A stretch of DNA of 62,840 nucleotides, filler included, from Stramenopiles sp. TOSAG23-3 (taxonomy: Eukaryota), in assembly GCA_900128585.1 (NCBI GenBank). It is 7 parts of 7 records of this genome, joined end to end, with 100 filler letters (N's around TTAATTAATTAA, not from the genome) between each part and the next. Parts side by side here need not be neighbours in the genome. Positions count along the whole stretch, not along the records: positions 1 to 14,222 come from LT642581.1; 6 more parts are not named here. The stretch is one strand, 5' to 3'. This document shows positions 1-11,127 of the stretch, one piece after another. Position 1 is the stretch's first letter. Every line of letters starts with the position of its first letter. The position numbers and the translations under genes were made by a program. A model generated the notes under the pieces. That model was not told the origin of the DNA, did not search any database, and saw only the letters and a program-made list of their open reading frames with translations.

Positions 1-2523
1 ACAGCAAAATGCTGGTTTCGCCGAGGTACTAGCTCGCTTGGAGAAGAAGATCGAGTCGCAAGAGGCCCAGGGCATGGAGAGAAGAAGGGGGGGCGCGACT
101 TTGCCGGCTCTGAAATTGCCCAGTCAAGTGCTCGACAACAGAATGATTTCTGTAGGAAAAAAAATACTGCAAGAGTCCTCGCCACAACAGAATTTTCAAA
201 GATGCCAAAGTTACGGGCTCCCATAGGCGATGAATTCTGGGTCTCCGAAGCGACTGAGAACTCAATTGCACAATATGCAAAGGCAGACGCTGCGAAAGCA
301 GCAGAGATATGGATGCTCTCCCAAGCCTCCCAAATCGTCGGTCGGCAAGCAGCGGAGAGTGCACAGACGCCCGCCGTTCGAAACAATCAACTTTTGGACC
401 GGTTGGGGTTGAGCAGAAAAGGGCTTATGCAGGTGGGGCTTAGCCACGACACGATTGAACGCGTGTATCGGGCGCTTTATGTATACAGCCAAGGTTTTCA
501 TGAAATGCTAGACGAAGTTAGGAAAAGCTGCACAAAGTCTCAGGGTCCGAGCGTAGTATCAAAGCTGTGGGAAACCTTTAATGCACTCTTGGAGCAGTGC
601 GAAGACGACGGGTACAGTACCGCAATGGCGTCCATGGAGAAAGGGTACAAAATGCAGAGAGAGCTAGTGACAAAGTCGTACGAAAAAAGACTGGAAGACC
701 TGGAATGTATAAAGCGCAAAATTTTATCCGACCTGGACACAAAAACAAAAGAGTGCGACGACAGAGAGGCCACGATCGTTAGAGAAAAATCCAACGTTAT
801 AGATTTGAATAATAAAATAGAAGAGTTGTCACGAGAAAGGAGGGAAGCAATGGAGCAGCGGGATACGGCAGAAGCAAACGAAGTCAAGGCCAGGGTGCGT
901 GAGGGGCAGGCCATGACAGAGAGTAGAAAGCAAATCAAAGAAAACTCTGTGCTTAAGCAGCGCCTGATTGATGAAGACAGCAGGATCCGAATAGCGGCAA
1001 GCGAAATCCGTTCTGTCCAGCGGGAGCGAGAGGATGCGCTGAAACGTGAAAAAATGGCAAAATCGAGGATTGCAAAGCTGGAAATGGAAAACGGCACGTT
1101 GAGCAAGAAGTTAAAGGAAGGGCTGGCTGTAGTCGAACGCTCGGTTCGGGACAGGACTTCCGAGTCCCAGCGCGCCGATAACCTGGAGCGGCAGTTGATG
1201 ATACTGCAGCAACATGATAAGAAGTCGACGCGGATGATTCGTACACTAGAAGCATCGAAGTCCAACCTAGAGCGGCGCTTAGAGATGACAGAGAACAGGG
1301 TGAAAGCATTGGTGGTGGAGAACTCCGACTTGCAAAAGGAGGTAGACGCGGGGGGGGAACGCAGGGAAGAACTGGCTGATGAGTTGAAGACGTACAAGGA
1401 CGACTTGGATCATGCACGACAAGAAAACGTGCAGAAAAACGTGGAGTTGAAGCTGACCGCGGATGCCCAATGTAATTTAAAAGATCAACTAACAGAGTCT
1501 GAACGCGAGGTATCAAAACTGAAGGGAACCGTTCGTTTCTTGAGGGAAGCCAAACAAAACTTAGAGCGCGAAGCTCAAGAAGCAGTAGAGAGAGAAGACC
1601 ATCTCAAAACGGAGCGGCAGCACTTGCAAGACGAAATAGACCGAAAAGACAAGGAGCAGAACGAAAAGAGAAAGATTATCGATCGCAGGAATGAAACGAT
1701 TGACAAGCTCGAAAAGAGAAGAATAGCGCTGCAAAAAACAATAGAGGACTCAAAACGCAACATGCTAAAGTTGGAGGGCGACGTGTTGAAACAGATGCAG
1801 GATATGGGGCGCAAAATGATGGACAATGAAGATGAAGTGAAAGCTGCAAAGGTGCTGTACGACACAAGAGACACGGAACGAACCGCTCTGAAAGGTGAGG
1901 TCGACCGGCTAAGGAAATCAAACGACCAAGCGGTTGCAAACCAGCAAACGTTGCGGGAATCGAAGGAAAGCTTTCGCTACAGATCGGTAGGAAACTCTCG
2001 CATTGTCTCGTTGGCGGAAGACATGGCAGAATTTTTCGAGGGGACCCTGAAAGTGTACAGGAATGAGATACAGTCCATTTTGAAAAAATGTGCAAAGTTC
2101 CCGTATGACAAACTGGCGGTAGCAAGGTCAGGAGCAGAAGGTCTAGATACTATTGCACGTGCAAGTAATGAAAACTCGCGCGTTGCATTTGAAACGCTGG
2201 ATCGCCTGCATTCCGTTGACTTGGAAGGGTTTGAAGAAGAGGTGGGGGAAAACGGTGAATTCAAAATTGTGAATCCACAAATATTGAAATACCAACCGAC
2301 GCTCCAGAAAATCAGGGAGCGCTTTATGCAACGAGCAAAACAGAGCCTCGACGAGCAAATAAGAATTGCCGCTTTGCTAACGGAAGTAGATGGTGAGATT
2401 CAAAAGGTGGGCCGTTTTTTATTTCGGCAAGTGGAGCGAGAACGGTTTCAGGCAGAGAAACAATTAAAATCCAAGGCAAGAAAAACCGAGCAAAAAACTG
2501 CGGCAACAACGATTGAAGATTGA
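1..2523 (+). CDS. Long coiled-coil protein, probably 5'-partial; function unknown
   Basis: 773-aa ORF from ATG 202, and the same frame is stop-free back to base 1. E/K/R/L heptad-rich over about 500 aa, with a globular-looking N-terminal block (LDRLGLSRKGL...RVYRALYVYSQGF). Confidence 0.75.
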   Translation, partial: TAKCWFRRGTSSLGEEDRVARGPGHGEKKGGRDFAGSEIAQSSARQQNDFCRKKNTARVLATTEFSKMPKLRAPIGDEFWVSEATENSIAQYAKADAAKAAEIWMLSQASQIVGRQAAESAQTPAVRNNQLLDRLGLSRKGLMQVGLSHDTIERVYRALYVYSQGFHEMLDEVRKSCTKSQGPSVVSKLWETFNALLEQCEDDGYSTAMASMEKGYKMQRELVTKSYEKRLEDLECIKRKILSDLDTKTKECDDREATIVREKSNVIDLNNKIEELSRERREAMEQRDTAEANEVKARVREGQAMTESRKQIKENSVLKQRLIDEDSRIRIAASEIRSVQREREDALKREKMAKSRIAKLEMENGTLSKKLKEGLAVVERSVRDRTSESQRADNLERQLMILQQHDKKSTRMIRTLEASKSNLERRLEMTENRVKALVVENSDLQKEVDAGGERREELADELKTYKDDLDHARQENVQKNVELKLTADAQCNLKDQLTESEREVSKLKGTVRFLREAKQNLEREAQEAVEREDHLKTERQHLQDEIDRKDKEQNEKRKIIDRRNETIDKLEKRRIALQKTIEDSKRNMLKLEGDVLKQMQDMGRKMMDNEDEVKAAKVLYDTRDTERTALKGEVDRLRKSNDQAVANQQTLRESKESFRYRSVGNSRIVSLAEDMAEFFEGTLKVYRNEIQSILKKCAKFPYDKLAVARSGAEGLDTIARASNENSRVAFETLDRLHSVDLEGFEEEVGENGEFKIVNPQILKYQPTLQKIRERFMQRAKQSLDEQIRIAALLTEVDGEIQKVGRFLFRQVERERFQAEKQLKSKARKTEQKTAATTIED

Positions 2524-2924
2524 AGCAGGTCAGGTGTAATATATAAATAGGCAAATATTTACATTAAGTATAGTTATCGTATATTATTATTCGACAAAAT
2601 TGAGATGACAATACCATTTCGTCGATGGGGTCCTCCTATATAGAAAAAAAATCCTCCGTCCTCCTTCTTCCTTCCGCCGCAGCGATGAGATTTTATTTTA
2701 TTTATTTCATCAACGATCCCTCATCGATCGATCATCCAAAAAATACTACAAAAAGTAAAAAATCATTTGGGATACATATAAGAACTATAAACGCTTTTAA
2801 ACTTTTAACAACTTTCAAGGAAAACTTCATTGGTAAGAAAAGGTTTTGGTTTCAATTAATCCGTAGGATATTTCAAGCGAAGATAGTGTCCTGGTGATAG
2901 TTGTAGATTTGCAGTTGCGGAAAG

Positions 2925-3248
2925 ATGCCAAAACGCTATTATTGCGACTTTTGCGACATGCACCTGTCGAAAGGGTCTGCTGGTGCACGCCACCAGCACA
3001 ACATTGGGTATAAACATAGAGAAAATGTGATAGCTTGGTACAACCAATTCGTTCCTCAGTGTATGAACTCCCCAGAAGGCGTTGCGTGGCAGGCGTGGTT
3101 TAATGCGACCCGTGTAGGACAAGAGTTCCATTTTCCCCCTTTGCCCGAGGGCTGGACAGTGAAGAAAGACCCGTGCCAGCAAAACAGGCCGTATTTTGTT
3201 CACAGTGAAAGCGGCACAACTCAATGGAACCATCCTCTATTTGGATAA
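2925..3248 (+). CDS. U1C/matrin-type zinc finger + WW domain protein (splicing-factor-like)
   Basis: N-terminal YYCDFCD...H...GYKHRENV matches the U1-C/ZMAT-type C2H2 finger. C-terminal PLPEGW...PYFVH...TTQWNHP is a WW domain. Confidence 0.8.
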   Translation: MPKRYYCDFCDMHLSKGSAGARHQHNIGYKHRENVIAWYNQFVPQCMNSPEGVAWQAWFNATRVGQEFHFPPLPEGWTVKKDPCQQNRPYFVHSESGTTQWNHPLFG

Positions 3249-3397
3249 TCGAGGGCGGGCACTTTCTTTCTAATGTACGCACAATTATTGTTGGTAAGGG
3301 TATTATATTTAGGTTTACAAAAACTGTGTGTGCAGTTGTACTGCTTTCAGAATTTTATGCGTAAGGTCAAGACTTCTTAAGAACATCATAATTTACT

Positions 3398-6300
3398 TCA
3401 GCGCTTCTTCTTTCCACCCTTCTGCTTCTGCTTCTTTTTCGCTCTCTTGTTGTTTGCAGCAAGCTTGCCGACGCCTGGGGTGCTTATCTTAACATGACTT
3501 AAAATTGCCGCAATCATTTCCGCGTCGGTGGCCCCACGGATGAGCTCAGTTTCCCGTTTTGTACTGTCTGCAACTTTCTTCAGAAAAAACTCCCGTGCAA
3601 CCTTTGTGGACGCCCCGCGCTTTTGGGACCCTGGGGTCAGCTTGATTCTGTATTTGTACTTGTTCATCGTGCTGTACGGTGCGCATACGGGCAGACAAAA
3701 GAGCAGCACGTCGTCGGCCTTGGGCCGAGCTGTTAAAGCGCTCAATAGTTCGTCAGGTACATCTATCGCGTCCTGAAGTACATGCTGCTGTTGATGGTCT
3801 TTTTGCCGAAAATTGCCTTTTTTCCTGCCCTTTAAATGGCCCGAGTTAGACCCACCCTCTGGTTTACTACTCGTCGACTGGTCACCCTCGTCTGCCGTTT
3901 CTTTTGGCTTCTCTGGCATGGGGTTCCCCAGCATTGCCATTCTCAAACGCCTTTCCTCTTCGTCCTGGTACTTGTATTTTTTCTTCATTTTCTTCAGCTT
4001 GCCTTTCTTTCCCCTGGGCAGATTGTGCTGCTTCGCTGCCTTCGGCTTTTTCTTTGAAGGTGCACTTTCGACCTTTTCGCCATCGTCGCTGTTGTCCCCG
4101 TTCCCCGCCTTCTTTTTCTGTCTCTGGCCCCGCATAACTTTTCGTTGGTGCCTTGAAATGCCTGTGGATTTTTTGCGAGCCTCGCTTGTGCTCACAGGCG
4201 CCTTCTCGGCCGAGGGTTCCGTGGTCGGGGCGATTCCTGGCGTGGGGGCCTCCGGCGCAGGCGGCTCGTCGGCAGTACTATCTTTGGGAGACGCCTCCGC
4301 TTCATCGCCAGGTTCCTCCCGAGCGCCTATTTCCGCGTCTTCAAGCGCCTGCTCTGCTGCTTCCATGGCCTCCTTTTCCGCTTCTTCTTCCTTTCTTAAT
4401 ATTTTTCTCTCAAAGCGTCGTAAGACGGGCGCATTGTCGTCGGCTTCCTCTTCTATAGCGCTGAAGTTCAGGGCGCCCAATTCGTTTATGTCGCACTTGA
4501 TCTTGCGCTCGTTGGCATGGTTTTCGACGCACTCGTCGGCTACACGAAAGAGCAGCCCAAAACCACATTCTAGCCGAGACGGGCGCAAGAAATTTTTCTT
4601 TCCCCTTATCATAAAACTGCCGGTTGTTAAGTACTCCCCGCTTGGGGCAGTCTTCGAAACCTGGTGGTGGTACACCCACCAAGCACTGCTAATCGTTCGG
4701 GCCTTCCACGCTGAGCTCCGGCACATGCACATGTGCCCTGCCTCCTCCAGTGTCTGTTGCGGAATCATGCGCTTCATGTCGTTGTTTCGAATAATGCAAG
4801 ACGATGCACCATGCACGTCGGCGTGAACGTAGACGTCGCCTTTGCGCAAGTACCGCTTCACCAGCTGCTCGTTTTGTTGCGCGTCTCGTCCAAATACAAC
4901 CATGTAGTTTTCCGAAGAAATGAACCAATCAAATTTTTCGAACCAGTACACCTTGCGGGCCTGTTTGATTATCGTTGCCTGCAGTTTGTTCTCGGCCCGC
5001 TTTAATTCTTTCTCCACGGTGGCCTCCGCCGTGGACAAAAATGATTCTGCAGCTTGCATTGCCTTTTCCATTTTTTTGGAAAGGACTTTTTTCTTCTCAA
5101 AGTACACCGTCGCATTCTTGTGCGCTGTCAAGGAGACGTCGATGTCTGCCACTACCACAATCATGTTTCCGCCCTCGTCCCACGTGGGAAGCTTCAATGC
5201 GATCGAGTTTTTGTCCAGCTTCAAATGAGCAATCATCGTGGCAATCGGGTTCTCCTTGTCTTGCTCCGCGCTGACGATATCTTTCAGCTCGTCCCAGTCC
5301 ACCCCGTTGGCAAGGGCCGAGTTAACGACCAGCCTCGCCTTTTCAATATTTTCAGAGTTCGCCTCGATCGCCTGGGCTTTCATTGCCGAATCTTTTTCTT
5401 GCTTCTGAAGCTGGAGTATCCTAGCCTCCTGCTGCTCCCGCATTTTCACTAACTTGAGCTTTGCGGCCGACTGCGCAATGTTGTGGCGCTTCGCTGCCTT
5501 CTGCCCCTCGATCTTGCTGTAAAAGTCGTCGACGGCCTGGTTGAAGGTAGGAAATTTTTTTATCTTGCACGTCTTGTGCTGACCAAGAACAACGGGAAAA
5601 AACTCGTCGTAAACTTCTATGTCCGTCGCTTCCTCGCTGCCGTCCGCCTGTTCAGCGCTCGAAGGATCGAGAACGTTCTTGATGGAGGACGCCGTCTGCA
5701 CGGTCCCTTTGATGCAATGGTAGCTGATATAACCTGGGCAATCCTCCACTGGGGCGGCTCGCAACTTGTTGATAAAGGTTGGGACGTTCAAAAGCGCTGC
5801 TAGCAACCTCTTCGTATCTTCCTGTGCCAGCCCTGGCCACTCCCCCGCCACAGACATGGTCCCATCGATTCCTGCTTTTCGCAAACAGTCCTCTACAATT
5901 ACGGGCCCGTAGCTCCCCGCTTCGATCGGACAGTTCGGTTTCAAAAGCAGCTGTTTCAGGGACAACTTTTTCTTCTTTGGAGGTCTCTTGTTGTCGCTGG
6001 TCGACGGGGGGGGGGCTAGCGCGGCCTGCCTGCTCTCGTTGATCCAGCGCTCAAAACTCAGCACAACCTCCTCCGGGATGGCGCCGCTGCCCGCCTCTCC
6101 TTCTTTTCCACGGACAACTTTTCCGTTTGCAATCGGGTACACCTGCCCCACTGCAACCTTCGTCTCTTCGTCGTACGTGTGCGAGCGCAATAGGCCCAGT
6201 ATATTGTATTGGTAATCGGTCAGAACCATGTTTCCCTTTGCGTACATTTCTAAAATTATGTGGTAGCAAGCCTCGCCTTGACCAAATCCAAAGTCGACGA

Positions 6301-6598
6301 CCCGGTCGTTTCCCAACTGGGTCACGGACGACAAGACACGGGTGCGAATGTGCTTCCGAAGCTTCATTGAAAAGTGGGACGGGCTGTCACTCTTGTCGCG
6401 GACAAAATCGGTCACGTGGAAACGAACTCCACTTTCCATCAACAACACCTGCTTTGGCTTGTCTTTTTTCTGCAGCTTGAACAGGTAAGTTTTTAGGTCA
6501 ATGTCATAGACATTCGCGGCCCTATACCCGACACAACTTCTCTGCACGTCTCTAACCGAGGCCGCAACGTCCAACAGGCCAAAAGTACGCTTCGGCAT
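3398..6598 (-). CDS. NEMF: Ribosome quality control complex subunit NEMF/Rqc2
   Basis: NFACT-N (NVYDID..TYLFKL, ESGVRFH, FSMKLRKHIR, QLGNDRVVDF), NFACT-R (WFEKFDWFISSENY, GRDAQQNEQLVKRY, HADVHGAS, QVSKTAPSGEYLTTGSFMIRGKKNFL) and C-terminal PVCAPY..KLTPG. First ATG at 6598. Confidence 0.95.
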   Translation of the reverse strand: MPKRTFGLLDVAASVRDVQRSCVGYRAANVYDIDLKTYLFKLQKKDKPKQVLLMESGVRFHVTDFVRDKSDSPSHFSMKLRKHIRTRVLSSVTQLGNDRVVDFGFGQGEACYHIILEMYAKGNMVLTDYQYNILGLLRSHTYDEETKVAVGQVYPIANGKVVRGKEGEAGSGAIPEEVVLSFERWINESRQAALAPPPSTSDNKRPPKKKKLSLKQLLLKPNCPIEAGSYGPVIVEDCLRKAGIDGTMSVAGEWPGLAQEDTKRLLAALLNVPTFINKLRAAPVEDCPGYISYHCIKGTVQTASSIKNVLDPSSAEQADGSEEATDIEVYDEFFPVVLGQHKTCKIKKFPTFNQAVDDFYSKIEGQKAAKRHNIAQSAAKLKLVKMREQQEARILQLQKQEKDSAMKAQAIEANSENIEKARLVVNSALANGVDWDELKDIVSAEQDKENPIATMIAHLKLDKNSIALKLPTWDEGGNMIVVVADIDVSLTAHKNATVYFEKKKVLSKKMEKAMQAAESFLSTAEATVEKELKRAENKLQATIIKQARKVYWFEKFDWFISSENYMVVFGRDAQQNEQLVKRYLRKGDVYVHADVHGASSCIIRNNDMKRMIPQQTLEEAGHMCMCRSSAWKARTISSAWWVYHHQVSKTAPSGEYLTTGSFMIRGKKNFLRPSRLECGFGLLFRVADECVENHANERKIKCDINELGALNFSAIEEEADDNAPVLRRFERKILRKEEEAEKEAMEAAEQALEDAEIGAREEPGDEAEASPKDSTADEPPAPEAPTPGIAPTTEPSAEKAPVSTSEARKKSTGISRHQRKVMRGQRQKKKAGNGDNSDDGEKVESAPSKKKPKAAKQHNLPRGKKGKLKKMKKKYKYQDEEERRLRMAMLGNPMPEKPKETADEGDQSTSSKPEGGSNSGHLKGRKKGNFRQKDHQQQHVLQDAIDVPDELLSALTARPKADDVLLFCLPVCAPYSTMNKYKYRIKLTPGSQKRGASTKVAREFFLKKVADSTKRETELIRGATDAEMIAAILSHVKISTPGVGKLAANNKRAKKKQKQKGGKKKR

Positions 6599-7191
6599 CC
6601 TATTTCGCAGCACGGACGGGCCGGTTATAAAATCTAATAGAGAGATAAAAATAAAAAAATAAAAGAATGCTTCACACCGTGCTCAATCCTCACCCATACA
6701 CAATTTTGTATTAATCTCCGTATATTCTAAAACAATCTTCATTTGCTCGCTATCGGTAGCTTCTTCAAGGCAATCGGTTGTGTGTGTTTTTTATTATTAT
6801 TATATATTACCAATAATAAATAATAATTTATTATTAAATTTTTTAATTTAAAGCGGCGGCGGCGGCGGGTGCGACAGCAGAGAAGACAGACCAGACAGAC
6901 GACGTCTCGAATATAACACCACCCCACCACGACCACCACCACCGCGCCACCAATAATTATTATTATTTTAAAATAAAAAAAGGACAGAAAGAAAAAGAAG
7001 GGTGGTTTTGGTTTTGATATTTAGTGTGATGATGGTTGAATTATATTTTAAATTAAATGAACAAACACGGAGCTTGTATAAAATTGTTTTATTTTATTTT
7101 ACATCTGGCAGTCATTGCCTTTATCCTTATTTTATTATCCGCAGTGTTTGTTTTTTTGTTTGTGCGACTTTCGGTGCATAGTCAGTTGAAG

Positions 7192-8229
7192 ATGGCGTCC
7201 GCAGTGTACTGCCTGGTTTTTTGTTTGTGTTCGTCGGTATCATTTGCTGCTGAAGAATTTGTAACCCTGAACAATGGTGTGAAAATGCCGACAATGCTGT
7301 GGGGGAGTGGGGGCAGTACACAGGAGAACTCAACTTCGACGGCCCCCGCGGTAAGAGACGCTCTGGACCAAGGTTTTCCTGGCATTGACTGTGCGAACCA
7401 CTATCACAACCAAATCGGGGTTGCCGAAGGCATTGCCATGTCGAAAAAGAAACGGGAAGAAATATGGCTACAAACAAAAGTTGAGCCTTGTGGAAACTCT
7501 CGTATTACCCCGCTGTACGAAGGCCATTGCTACAACCAGAGCCTGCAAGCATTCCAACAAAACTTGGTTCAGTTGAACGTTGACTTTGTCGATTTAACGA
7601 TGATCCACGCGCCACCCTGCGTTTTGAATTCCACATGGGCGGATCCAAAATGTTATTGGCCAGACCAGCCCGATGCCGTTTATCCGCAACATTGCAACTG
7701 TGCCGCCGCAGAACCGTGCCATATGATACAAGAGCAGTGGAAGGCACTGGAGAAGATGTACAAGGAAGGCAAAACGCGATCCATTGGTGTTTCTAATTTC
7801 TGCGCGCCTTGTCTAAAGTGTATCTTTGAGGTTGCAACTATCATTCCCCAAGTAAACCAATTGCAATTCCACGTTGGCATGCCTGGTCCCGATCCGGAAG
7901 GCTTGGTCTCCTTCAGTGCGAGCAAGAACATACACGTACAGGCCTACTCGGCCTTGGGGGGAGACCAAGTGCTGAAGTTGTTGAAAAATCCTGAAATTGA
8001 AAAGATTGCAGCCGGGAAAAATCAAAGCACAAGCCAGATCGTATTGAAGTGGGTTTTGCAACTGGGCCATAGTTTGGCAACATCGACCACAAAAATTCCA
8101 CATATGCAGGAGGACATGCAAGTGTACCGGGATAAAACTTGGGAGCTGAGTGAGAACGAAATGAAAAGACTAAATGAGTTGAACATTGCCCCCGATGACC
8201 CCGTCAAGTCAATGTGTTTGTTTCGATGA
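7192..8229 (+). CDS. Aldo/keto reductase with N-terminal signal peptide
   Basis: TLNNGVKMP, IDCANHY (catalytic D/Y), QTK, DLTMIH, RSIGVSNF, QAYSALG, QIVLKW. Hydrophobic leader MASAVYCLVFCLCSSVSFA from ATG 7192; the upstream ATG 7057 lies in AT-rich sequence. Confidence 0.9.
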   Translation: MASAVYCLVFCLCSSVSFAAEEFVTLNNGVKMPTMLWGSGGSTQENSTSTAPAVRDALDQGFPGIDCANHYHNQIGVAEGIAMSKKKREEIWLQTKVEPCGNSRITPLYEGHCYNQSLQAFQQNLVQLNVDFVDLTMIHAPPCVLNSTWADPKCYWPDQPDAVYPQHCNCAAAEPCHMIQEQWKALEKMYKEGKTRSIGVSNFCAPCLKCIFEVATIIPQVNQLQFHVGMPGPDPEGLVSFSASKNIHVQAYSALGGDQVLKLLKNPEIEKIAAGKNQSTSQIVLKWVLQLGHSLATSTTKIPHMQEDMQVYRDKTWELSENEMKRLNELNIAPDDPVKSMCLFR

Positions 8230-8679
8230 TCGAAGAATGAAATAAAATACCATTGTGATTCACAATTCACTACTTTTAGATCATGTTAAAGAAAAAAGGG
8301 GGGGGGGGTCCCAACAAAAAGGGAAACATTTTTTAAAAAAAAGCCAATTTTTTGTTTTTAATATTTTTTTATACTTATACTTTTAATGTAATAATATTTT
8401 ATATTTCAAATTTGTCTTCTTCTCTTCATTTTCATGTAATACCCCCCGTACTTGAAACTTTTTAAAACTTATAGTTTTTTTGTTTTAAAATAATTATATT
8501 GGATCGTTTACTTTATTGAGTAAACTTATGATGATGTAGTGGATCAAGAAAACCACGGGAGCAGACACAAATCGCAGTGCATGAAGGCAGTTAAACTTTA
8601 CTGGAAAGGAAATGTCAAGAGGTAGTCATATTGACATTTTGTTTTTTTAACTTAAATTTTTTATGCTTAATGTTTTTCT

Positions 8680-9162
8680 TTAGTACTTCCCAGCCTTTTC
8701 GAAGAGGTAAGCTGGGTTACTCATGCATTTGAACTCCAAACTGTTGTTGCTGGGGTCTTTAAAAAACATTGTCTTCTGCTCCCCACGTTGGCCTTGGAAC
8801 CTAAGATGGGGCTCAATGATAAACTTAACCCCGTGGCTCTTCAAATTCCTTGCTAACTTTTCGAAAGACTCGCTGTCCAAACACGCCCCAAAATGCGGGA
8901 CAGGCACCTCGTCGCCGTCCACCGGGTTGAAGAAATCACTTCCTCGGTAGGACTCTCCTACCCAATGGCAGACCAATTGGTTTCCAAATAGGTCGTAATC
9001 TTGCCATTTTTCGCTGCTCCTGCCTTCTTTTAGCCCCAATACATTCCCATAAAACTCTTTGGCTTTCGCCAAATTGTGCACCGGAATGGCCAAGTGAAAA
9101 GGCTGGCTCGGTGCATAACCACCACTGCAATTCTGTCTAACAACTAACCGTGCACGAGACAT
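8680..9162 (-). CDS. VOC/glyoxalase superfamily protein (bacterial-type putative dioxygenase family)
   Basis: PFHLAIPV, FYGNVLG, GNQLVCH, VDGDEVPVPHFG, FKDPSNNSLEFK. ATG at 9162 gives a short Arg-rich leader. Confidence 0.9.
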   Translation of the reverse strand: MSRARLVVRQNCSGGYAPSQPFHLAIPVHNLAKAKEFYGNVLGLKEGRSSEKWQDYDLFGNQLVCHWVGESYRGSDFFNPVDGDEVPVPHFGACLDSESFEKLARNLKSHGVKFIIEPHLRFQGQRGEQKTMFFKDPSNNSLEFKCMSNPAYLFEKAGKY

Positions 9163-9370
9163 ATCAACGTATAAAATTAATTTATGTTCGTGTATATATA
9201 AGTACTCCAAAAAATAGAAACAGACAACAAACGAAAGTTATTCTCTGTTTTAAATCATTTCATTTATTATATAGTACATAGATTTGTATATAATCGTTTT
9301 TTCGGAAGAAGTAAGAAACGAGAATATTAAAAATAATAATAAAAAATAATAATAAATAATAAAAAAAAAA

Positions 9371-9596
9371 AGAAGAAGAAGAGAGAAGAAGAGAGAAGAA
9401 GAAGAATTTATTATTTTTTATTTATAAATATTTTATTATTAATAAAAAAAAAGAAGAAGAAGTTTTTAAAAGAAGAAAGAAGAAGAAGAAGAAGAAGAAG
9501 AAGAAGAAGAAGAAGAAGAGGAAAGAAGAAAGAAGAAGAAGAAAGAAGAAGAAGAAAGAAGAAGAAGAAGAAAGAAGAAGAAGAAGAAGAAGAAGA
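9371..9596. repeat. (GAA)n-rich microsatellite in divergent intergenic region
   Basis: Long imperfect GAAGAA tracts seen directly. Confidence 0.9.
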
Positions 9597-9956
9597 TCAT
9601 CTTCTTTCTTCTTTGATTTCAGCGGGTTAGACTAAAATATGGGCCAATGCTATTCCTATAATATTTTAGGTGTATTAATTAATTATTAGCATGATTTTAT
9701 TAGAGGATTGATAACCAATATGCAACGAACCAACCAACCCCGCCGCGTCCTCTTCTCCTTCTTTCCTTTATTAGCCCATCCATTTTGAGTTGGCGGTAAG
9801 ATGTGTGCAGTGCAGTGGCCGCATTGAGGTAGGTGTCGTCCGGTGTGTGCGTGCGTGCGTGTGCGTGCGAGTCCTCGGTTCACGTTTGGTTGTTTCATTT
9901 TTGCATAGCGTTGGGTATTTGCGCTGCAACAATTTTGTTGTGGATACGACGAAACA

Positions 9957-10823
9957 ATGCCAAAGCCAGTGAAAGGAGAAAACTACCTTCCCCCGAAAGG
10001 GCAGCTCAGCGTCTCGTCGTTGTTTGGTGTGCAAGGCAAGGTTTGTGTGGTCACTGGTGGTGGTTCAGGAATTGGGGCGATGATTGCTGCTGGTTATTGT
10101 GCAAATGGCGCTACGGTTTACATTACCTCTCGTAAAGACACTTCAGAATTTGCTAAAGAGCTGACCTCAAGAGGGCCCGGGACCTGCGTCGCCCTTCGGG
10201 GCGACTTGGCGAAAGAGGAGGGGGTGACGACCCTGCTGGAAAACTTGACTAGACTGGAGCCCAGCGGGATCCATGTTCTGTTCAATAATGCTGGGACCAA
10301 TTGGAGCGAACCGCTGGAAGAGTACTCTTTGAAGGGATGGGACAGGGTGTACGACTTAAACGTTCGTGCGGTGTTTCACGTAACCCAAAAGCTTACACCG
10401 CTGCTGGCCAAGGCGGCGACCCACTCTGAACCTTCAAGGGTTATCAACGTTAGCTCTATTGACGCGGAGTCCGTGACGGCCTTGCCAACCTTTGCCTACT
10501 CCTCGGGAAAAGCGGCGGTGATCAGGTTAACAAAAGTCATGGCGGGGCACTTGGTTAATCGAAACATTACGTGCAACGCTATTCTTCCCGGGGCATTTCC
10601 ATCGAGGATGATGCGCGCAACAATGGCAGCTGCCGGGGATGCCATGGCAAAGACTATCCCCCGAGGGAGGGTGGGAGACATAAAGGACATGGCCGGTGCA
10701 TGCCTATTTCTTGGGTCCCGTGCGTCTGCATGGATGACCGGTACTACGGTAGTGGTAGACGGCGGCGCCTTAATGAAAGTCGACCCCAGGACTATGCCGC
10801 ACTATGGGAATGCGAAGCTGTAA
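9957..10823 (+). CDS. Short-chain dehydrogenase/reductase, peroxisomal (PTS1 -AKL)
   Basis: TGGGSGIG, NNAG, NVSS, YSSGK (YxxxK), VVDGG; ends in AKL. Confidence 0.92.
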   Translation: MPKPVKGENYLPPKGQLSVSSLFGVQGKVCVVTGGGSGIGAMIAAGYCANGATVYITSRKDTSEFAKELTSRGPGTCVALRGDLAKEEGVTTLLENLTRLEPSGIHVLFNNAGTNWSEPLEEYSLKGWDRVYDLNVRAVFHVTQKLTPLLAKAATHSEPSRVINVSSIDAESVTALPTFAYSSGKAAVIRLTKVMAGHLVNRNITCNAILPGAFPSRMMRATMAAAGDAMAKTIPRGRVGDIKDMAGACLFLGSRASAWMTGTTVVVDGGALMKVDPRTMPHYGNAKL

Positions 10824-11127
10824 TTTATTTTTACGAAAAGTATTTGCGAGTATCATATTCTGCGGGCTTAATTTAATTTTAAAATTTATGGGCAATAGGT
10901 TTGAGAAAAATAAAACAAGCTCTATGATTAGAAAACCAATTGTTGATCAAAATTAAATTTTCGGTGGGTTAAAGTTCTTACTTCGCGATTCGCGCAAAAC
11001 ATAAACACTTCTAAATACCTCTTTGGCGTCCAAACTCTGTTGTACAACAAGTAAGAATTTTAAGGGGAATACTTCGTAAAATTCTTCTCCTCTTTTCTCT
11101 TCATTAAAAAAACTGTGCCCAGCGCCT

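Noticed and set aside
38-226. Possible -1 frameshift at the A8 run joining ORF 38-226 to ORF 202-2523
   Set aside because: The main frame is already open from base 1, so no shift is needed.
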